64,000 nt of DNA from Takakia lepidozioides (Eukaryota > Plantae > Bryophyta). Of this stretch, positions 51,701 to 60,700 are shown piece by piece (the first letter of the stretch is position 1; each line of letters starts with the position of its first letter). A model generated the notes under the pieces. The model saw nothing but the letters and a program-made list of their open reading frames with translations, was not told where the DNA came from and made no database searches. Position numbers and translations under genes: made by a program. Where the stretch lies: assembly GCA_030704615.1 (NCBI GenBank), contig CM060733.1, positions 7,564,001 through 7,628,000 of the forward strand, read 5' to 3'.

Positions 51701-54700
51701 GCCAGATAGTCGTGTCCTAAGGGAATTGTCTTGGATGTGTAGCTGGCTGCATGTCATTTGCCAAGTCTGCCCTTTGCTGCCTTTGTATACCTTATGGGGT
51801 GAATAACCAGTCCCAAGATATTTGTGTCGATTACCTTGATCTTAGGTCTGGCAGACAAAAACTTGTGATCACTTGTATCTGATGTTGCATGCGAGTCTTG
51901 GTCTTCTTCAAGGTTACAATCAGTCCAAATCTCTGGGCATCTCCTGTAAGAGATGCATCAGGTTTGCTGAGTGTGAGTTTTGTGTTTCCCCATGCAACAA
52001 GGGTATCATTCAGGCCAATACAATCTGCAACACATGTAATTTTTGTGTGGTGGCAGGTTTTATCAGGTGTGGTGCGCGCGAATAGAAGGCGAGAGGCTCG
52101 TGCTGCTGTGCAAGCCCTGGAGCGTGCCAACAAGGTGCACATGATGAGACACTATCGCACTGGTAAGACTTCATGTCCTTGACCTCCTTGCCTATGGTTA
52201 TTCAACCAATGCCTGTAAGTCTGGATTTGTCTGAAATGTCCTGACGCAAAGAGAGATCTGGGGTGGCTACACTAATGTACTATATTTCCTTCTTCAGGGA
52301 TGCAGCTTTTTAGGGTATTTTATTCAGCAAGGGAGATCGTCTGCTTTTGCGTTTATGGTGGTGAACATTCATCCACACAGCAATGTGGTTATCTCCTGGG
52401 CTCCTAATAATGCATGATAAGGACGTTTTGTATCTTGCTTGATGCAGGTGAGCTACCAGACATCGAAATCAAGCATGAGGAGATTGTCGGTCCTTTGGCA
52501 GCACTGGCAGAAAGAGACGCTACTTTTGCAAGGCTGCTGCTCACCATTGTATGTCGAGCAATATACACTCTCCCTCTCCCATCCACCACAGGTACAGACG
52601 TCAAGCCTAATGTGAGAATCGGACTTGAGGCTGCTTTGGAGCAGACCAGTAATGGTATCTCATTTGTGGCCTGCATCCAAGCCATTTGCCTCGAGGATCC
52701 AGATATTTGGATCCCACCAAAGCTCGTGGGGGCCGCCAGTCTCAAGTCAACCAATTTCCATTCAGGCATTCTCCTGCTGGAGAAGGAGATCTTGCATGAG
52801 ACCTTTCCTGAGCCAACACCTGGCAGCAGCAACAAACGACACAAGGGCGGGGGAGGCCAAGTCAATAGGGAGCAACGGCCGCTGGAGGATGCTTGGTCAG
52901 AGCTTGCTCAACTTTACAAAGCTCTAGGAGAGGAGGATATTGTTCTTGCAGTTTATCAGAAGCATCTGGCCAGCCAAGGTGCCACCCACCAAGGGTTAGA
53001 AGCCCAACTTGGGGGTGATCCTGAGCAGGCTGTGATGGTGTATGATGACCTTATCAGCCAGTACGAAGCTGGTATGTGCCTAGCCGTTTATTCAGCTCCT
53101 TGACAACTGCCTTTGAATTCAGGAAGGTTGTGGACACGAATGATGGCAGTCTGCATACGTACACTCTCCATGGGCCTTTTTACATATTCTTTCACAGACT
53201 TCGGCAATGCTTGGGAGCCTTTTTTTCGTCTGAGTTGCTATGCAGAAGTGGATTACCCCATTTTGGCTCCTTAGTCACCTGGAGGAAAGAAGACTATCTC
53301 AGATTTTTAACCGTGAATTGTGCTGTTTGGCCCAGTGCTGTAATTACCCAGCTTTGTCTTGGAAGCTTGTTCATCAGACCATAAACATTGCCTCAATACA
53401 ACTCATGTATCAGTGAGCACCCACATGGTTTGTAGCCATAGCTAAGCTGCTGACAAACTCTACAGATTTTTCTTTGCTTTGCTCGAAAGTGATACTTGAG
53501 CACAACAATATTTACTTGCCTATGCTTTTATGGGATCACTGACTTGTTGTTCGATACTAAAACTGCAGGCACTCTGGGTGGTGAAGTGTTGCCGACAGAA
53601 AAGGATATTTGGTACAATCAGCGCCTTGCTTGTCTGGCTGACTTGAATAACTGGAATGTCATTCTAGAAGAGACCTTATTGGAGATCACAAATGACGATT
53701 CTGGTGAGCCTGATTATCAACAACTATGGGAACCTAAAAAACAGGACCTTTACCTTGGCCTGTTTATAAAGGGAGCCCTGAAAGTGGCTACCTTTCATAG
53801 TTCCCTCACAGAATTTGTTCAGTTGTCGCTGGAGGATCCTGTGAAGAGACAGCGCCTATTGAATGAGTTCTCCACGCACCTGGCTACTTTGGATGTTGTG
53901 AATGATGAATGGGATAGAGCACGCTATCACCTTGCACAATGCTTCAAGAACTTCAGAAAGCGATGGTCTGCCCTACACCCCCTAGCAGTGGGAGGACGCC
54001 ACATCCAATTACGCCAGCTACAAAAGACTGTAGAGTTAGATGAGTTTGTGACTTGTATTGCCGAGAAGAAACATATGAAGCTGCCCAGGTTTCTCTCTCT
54101 CTGACTAGGTTCTGCTTGTGTCCCTTGGGGTGTAATTTTTTGTTTCTCTCTTTATCTCCTTCTCTCCTGAGGGCTTTGGGGCGGTTTAGGGTGGGCTCCC
54201 ACAACCTACGTATAGAGACTGGCAGATGGGAAAACCTGCAGCGGGAGGACCGCCTCTGTCCAGCTTGCACAGAGCGCAACCAGGAAATTGAAACTGAAGA
54301 ACAATAGTTCTTATCTTTGACTCTGGTTTCCTGTTTTCTCTCATGTTTTTCTTTCCATTTTGTCCCATAAGCTCTATGAGCTTTCCGCGGACGTTATAAA
54401 GCGCCATTTCATTTCATTTCCCTACAACGAGGCTCTGCCCCTTAGAGAATTACCCAGAGTTGAATTATGAGGCGGCACTGGCACCCCCCAGCTTCTGGGT
54501 GAAGGCATCGCATTACTGAAAGTCCTATGGTTGTGGGGGCTGGTTGTTTGGGGGGGCCCCTTTCTGTTGTTTTTGCTTTTACTTTGTCTCATAAGCTCTT
54601 AAAGCTTGTGGACATTATAAAGTTCCTGCATTTCCTGCTTCATTTCCTCCCCTCTCTTGCAGTCTCAGACTCTCTCCCATATGCTCTTTGAGTTTGTGTA

Positions 54701-57700
54701 GGTATTATAAATTTTGTTCTTGCTTGTGAATTCTGGGCACCTGCTGTCCCAGTTTCCTGGTGGGAAAAGAATCTGCAACCATTGCAGTCATCTTTTCTCC
54801 AAGCAATGCTTGGCGCCAGAGGCACAATTCCATCTCACATCCTGAGTGCAGAATTCGCATTCGTGCCACTGCAAACTGAGGCCCTCTTCCGGCTTACAAT
54901 TTTCGCGTAGGTTACATGCCCTTGGGGGGCTTGTGGCCAGAGCCCTCGCATCTATCAGGCTCAAAAATGCAGGTTTCAAACAATCCTGGTATGCTCGAGT
55001 GGATACCTTTTTTGAACGCCATGGACTCTCTGTTGCTTCACTATTACCAGTGAATCCAGAGGGGGTGGACATCACATCCAAGCACGACCGCAACAGACTC
55101 ATTGGAAGGGAGCGTATGGAACTACATGTCAGGAGAACTTGGAAGGTACCCAACCTCACGACAAAGCTCCATTTCTATCGAGAAACATTCTTGGTTCTCC
55201 GAGATGATAGAATCTTGCGGCCCAATCACCTTTGGGAGTCTTTATCTCCTCTCCTGAGGGCATTGGGGCGGTTCAGGGTGGGTTCCCACAACCTACGGAT
55301 AGAGACTGGCAAATGGGAAAACCTGCAGCGGGAGGACCGCCTATGTCCAGCTTGCACAGGGCGCAACCAGGAAATTGAAACTGAAGAACATTTCTTCTTC
55401 TTCTATTGCACTCTATACTATGAGATCCGTGGGAGATTCCACTGTCTATTCCGTGGAACCCAATCTCTCACTGAAGTCTTCCACTATGAAGATCAGAAAT
55501 GCTTGGCAGCTTACCTGCACGAGGCACTCACCCTTAGACATTCACTCGAACAATAGTTTTTATCTCTGGCTCTGGATTTTTGTTTCCTCTCTCATGTTTT
55601 CTTCCATTTTGTCCCATAAGCTCTATGAGCTTTCCGCGGATGTTATAAAGCACCATATCATTGCATTTCCTCTCTATTTGTGTGGTCTATTTCCAATTGT
55701 GACCCTTCAGCCCCAGCCCCTTGGACTTCTGTCAGACATAATAAATTCCTTTTTTCTTCGTGATGTAGCCTGAAGCAGTCCTTGGTTTGCCCTTCTATGT
55801 CCCATGGGGCATTGCTGACCATTGTGGATGTTATATAGTTTATTTCGTTATTCTTTATCTCCCACAATTTTTGGATAGAGACTGGTAGGTAGGAAAACTT
55901 GCAGCGAGAATATCGCCTATGCCCAGCATGCACCAGGCCCAACGGATGTATCAAAACTGAAGAACACTTCTTCTTTTACTGCCCTCTTGACTATGAGATC
56001 CGTGGGAGATTCCACTGTCTGTTCCGTGAAACCCAATCTCTCACAGAAGTCTTCCGTTATGAGTACCAGAAATGCTTGACAGCTTATCTGCACGAAGCTT
56101 TGACCCTAAGGCAATCCCTTGAGCAGTAGTTGCTTTTGGGCTGCTTCTGGCTCTTCTCTTTGTCTTTTATTCTCTTTCTTGTTTCTTGTTTTCCTTTTGT
56201 CCCATAAGCTCTTTGAGCTTTCTGCGGACGTTATAAAGTTTCACTTCATTTCATGTCATTTCTTTTTGAGTTGGAAGTAAGTTTTGGTTTCATACACCAT
56301 TCAGGACCCCTGGGGGCGAAATAAAGTTCTTCTTTCTTTCTTTCGACATTCGCTAGAACATTAATTGTGGTTTCTGGACTTGTTCCTCTCTCATGTTTGT
56401 CCCATAAGCTCTATGAGCTTTCCGTGGACGTTATAAAGTACTATTGCATTTCTTTCTTTCCGCGGACGTTATAAAGCACCATTTCATTTCATTCATTTCA
56501 TTTCTCATATGGATGTTTCTTACTTCACAGCTTCAGCCAGGATGACCAGAAGCGCCTAAGGTCATACTGCCACACGGCACTTTGTCTCCAGGACATCAGA
56601 AACTTTGTATTGGTTTTGGATGTGGAAATCTGTTTTGCCAATTTCAGTCTCTTGTTTTTTCCTTCTTTTGGTCAAAGCAGGAAAGCCCCAGATAAATCCT
56701 GTCTCATATCTGGAGAAGATTCATTCCTTACCCTTGCCAGAAGCATTCAGCTATGAGCTACAGAAGTGCTTAGCAGCTTAGCCCCACGAGGCAGTCTTTC
56801 CCAGTGACTTTTATGGTTTTCCTGTAAGCTCTTTTGGTTTCTTAGATCTTGTGTCTCCAGAAGTCCTCTGGACCTCTCATGGCTGGTTGTTGGGGTTTTT
56901 GCTTGGAAACCTTTCTGAATCTTCATGTATCCCTCTCTTCTGTACACATTCTGTTTGCCCAATAGGCCCTTTGTCTATCCCACAGGCACTGTGGGCGTCT
57001 TGTTGGTGTAATCTGTTTTCTGTTTCTCGGGAGATGAGTGGAAGATACTACTTGGATGTTACTAAGTTGCTTTTGTTCTCTCTGTCTCTACTTTTATTTG
57101 TTTGTTCGAACTAGTGGTTGCTTGTTGAGGGCCCCACTTGACTCCTCTTGTCCCATAAGCTCTTTGAGTATCCATGGACGTTATAAACTACCATTTCATT
57201 TCATTCTCTGTAAAAGGCCCCTCTCTCTTTCTTGTTTCTGCTCGAACAATAGTTCTTATCTCTGACTCTGGTTTCCTGTTTTCTCTCATGTTTTTCTTTC
57301 CATTTTGTCCCATAAGCTCTATGAGCTTTCCGCGGACGTTATAAAGCACCATTTCATTTCATTTCATTTCTTTCTTGTTTCATGCTTTCTCTTATCCCAT
57401 AAGCTCTTTGAGCTTTCCGCAGAAGTTATAAGGTCTCATTTCATTCCTCTTTCCCACTGACTAATAAGTGTTACTTAGCATTTGTGGTTATAGATAGAGG
57501 AGCTGATATCATAGGCGGTGGAAATCTATTGAAGTGGTCCAAGCAATCTTAGTTGTGTGAAATATAGTATAATATGGGCCTACTGCTCATTATGCTTTTT
57601 GTAATGCCAAAGTGTTGCTCATACGAATGCATTATGTAACACCTTGATCTCATACGTCTGGCTAAATTCTAACTATTTGAACCACGGTTGTGCAGATTGC

Positions 57701-60700
57701 TTAGAGAGTGGCAGAAACGATGGCCTTCACCGGAGTTTGATGATGTGGGGGCTTGGGATGACATAGTACAGAACCGGCTTCTGTTCTTTAACAAATTTCT
57801 GGGGCAAACTGATACGCAGTATGAAAGAGGGTTGAGGGCTCAGCTCCATAAAGAGAGAGCCAACTTGTATTTCCATGCAGCCAAAGGCCTGATGAAGCGG
57901 GGGGCCTACGTTGTTTCCCAGGTTGTATTCCCCTGATTCTCATAGTTTTAAAATTATTTCATGTTTGACATTCTGATTTTTCTGTTGGGTGTGTGTCGCG
58001 ATCTTCAATTAGCAATGTCATGACAGGTGTATTTACTACTACTTGAACTCTTGGACGCAGCTAACGGCCTTTTTCTGCACCTTTGGAAGCTCACTTTGGA
58101 TAAGGTTCATACTTATATGAAGCAGAGTTCCTCTTGACATGATGTGGGTCCTGTTATAAGAGTGAAAGCTGATGCCTTTTCCTTTTTTGTGTTTCTTACA
58201 GAAATATATGAAGGCCTATTCACAAATCAGGTTTGCTGAGAAAGATGAAGTTGATTATGAGCTTTTGAAGGCTCTGGTCAAACTTTGCTGCTTGCAGGCA
58301 GAGCATGTGGACACAGTGACCAAGAGAGTTGAGATGCTGCATCAGGTTGCTTTCCTGCCATATACTTCCTGCAGCCTGCAAGGACCGCAGACTTCTGCGG
58401 TCTTTCATCCATGCAGATTCAGAATGAATGTGCTTTAATGTCCATGTTTGCATCTTGAAATGAATTGTCTGCATATTTGTGAAAAGCAGACTAGCCCAAA
58501 TCAGCCTTCGTAAACATAGCAAGTCTTACCAATAGGTGGTCCCATGACAAAGTCAGACAAGGGATGCTATCACTCAGCCATCGGCTCATCGCAGGCTCTA
58601 GGGTAGGCAGGAAGATGCAGGGAGGCTGAGAAGGAATGGCTAATGAAGTTGGTTGGGGTTTTTGTGACAGGTTCTGTCATATGTTCATAGCGAAGAACAG
58701 AAGTCCCTAGAAGACCCACTCCTTATGCAAGATTTTGAAATGGTGAAAGGAAATCTCTCTTCTCGACTTGCATTGGCAAAGCTCGCATGCTTGCTTAAGG
58801 AAGATCCAGACCCACAGGAGGTTGATAAATGCTTCTCTCTATTGGGGTCGGCTTTCAAGGCGTTCTCCACCCTGGTGGGTGGAAAGACCTCATCCACAAA
58901 TGCATCCACAACCCTGCGACATGTAGCAAAGGCATCCCTTAAGTTTGGTCTCTTTTGTGATGAACTCCTGAAGATACCAAGTAGTGGGGAGCTGGGTATC
59001 ATGATTCGAGCGGGAATTCAGCAAGGCCAGCCTGCGGCAGGGCTGCCACGGTCATCAGAGTACCCAACTCTCATTGTGAGGCATGTGCTCAAAGCTCTAG
59101 CACTTGACAGCTCTGTAAGGGCACAACATGCAGTAGCCAGACTCCTCTCCTTGGTGGGACAGTACCCGGAAACACACACTGAGTTCAAGGACCTAGCTGA
59201 TCAAGTGCCCAACTGGGTTTTTGTAGCCTGGATCCCGCAGATGCTGGCTCTGATGGACCAGGAAGAGGGGGGTGCTCTCATAGGTGTGCTGGAATCCATA
59301 GCAAAGTTATACCCACAAGCTCTCTACTTCGCATTTCATGTGAGCGAGTCTGATTTCGGGAGCACAGGCCGCAACCGGACCCAGCAGTTGATGTCTCTCT
59401 TGAAGAACCCACTTCTGGAAGGGTTTATTCGAGCACTGGAAGATCTCTCTTTCCCAGAGCAGCGGCTGAAGGACGGCCTTGCGCGAATTTTGACACTCTT
59501 GGAGGGCAATGACCGGACTAAGGCCCAGGCAGTGTTTTCTGTGCTCAATCATGATTGTCTGGATCCACAGGCAATGAAAGACAAAAATCGACTGTCTGGA
59601 GAGTATAATCTGAAGTTCGCTCGCGAGTGGGGACCCCGTATAGTGAGTATAACAGCATCTATGTCTCAAGAATAGCGTGGACATGATGGATAGGTGGGAG
59701 GGACAGTATCAAAGGATTGTTGTCTTTCCCTCCTTTGTTCGCTTATGCAATTATCTGTCCCCTTCTTTTGCCCCCACTCCCCAATAAAACACTGAAAGTG
59801 AGGGGGTTGGGTTATATCAACACTTTATGCCCATTCTGTTATACCCAAATTCCTGAAGTCCATTTTCTCGGTGTTTGTGTTACTGAGGTCCAGTTTTTCC
59901 TGCTGCAAGTTGGGAATGTTGTGTCACTTTTTCTGTAGCTAATGAGAATCTATGTTGTGAAATAGAAAAGAACACACTTTTCTATTGTGGTTGACATTGT
60001 TAACTCTGTGGAGCAGGTGAAGGAATTGGGAGAGAATGGGAAAAACCTGCTGTCAATTGACGTCAAGCGATTAAAATCAATTACTATGAGCTACAACAAG
60101 CAGTTGGACAGAAAGCCCAACGGAAAATACAGTATTGCAAGTTTCTCTAAATGGCTTGCTGACTATGACCAATCATGGGGCTTGGAAGGAGACATGATAG
60201 GTGTGCACAGAGAGGGGCTGCTGCCATCAGCAATTGGCCTAAGGGAAACTGACATGCAAGGGAGGGGGATAGAGATTCCAGGGCAATACCAGAATCTCAA
60301 CACTCCTGATTTGGTGTCACACGTGCAGTTAGTGGGGTTTGATCAAACACTTGTCTGCCTAAAATCAAAACAGGCACCCAAGATTCTGACCATGAGAGGC
60401 TCTGATGAGAGAGATTACAAGTTTGTGTTGAAGTGGGGTGAAGACCTGCGGCTAGACCAACGAATTGAGCAGCTCTTTGAAGTAATGAACAGTGCTTTGA
60501 GACGGGACGCATCATGTTCAGAACGCAAGCTGTCAGTTCGAACATATGCAGTTGTCCCACTCTCAAAACAATGTGGGCTGCTCCAGTTTGTGGAAAACAC
60601 ACGTGTTCTGGAAGAGGTTGTCAAAGATGGATTGACCACGAGGCTTCCAGGCCTGATACGGCAAGGCCTAAAGCCGCTGAATACAACTCCTGATACATGT

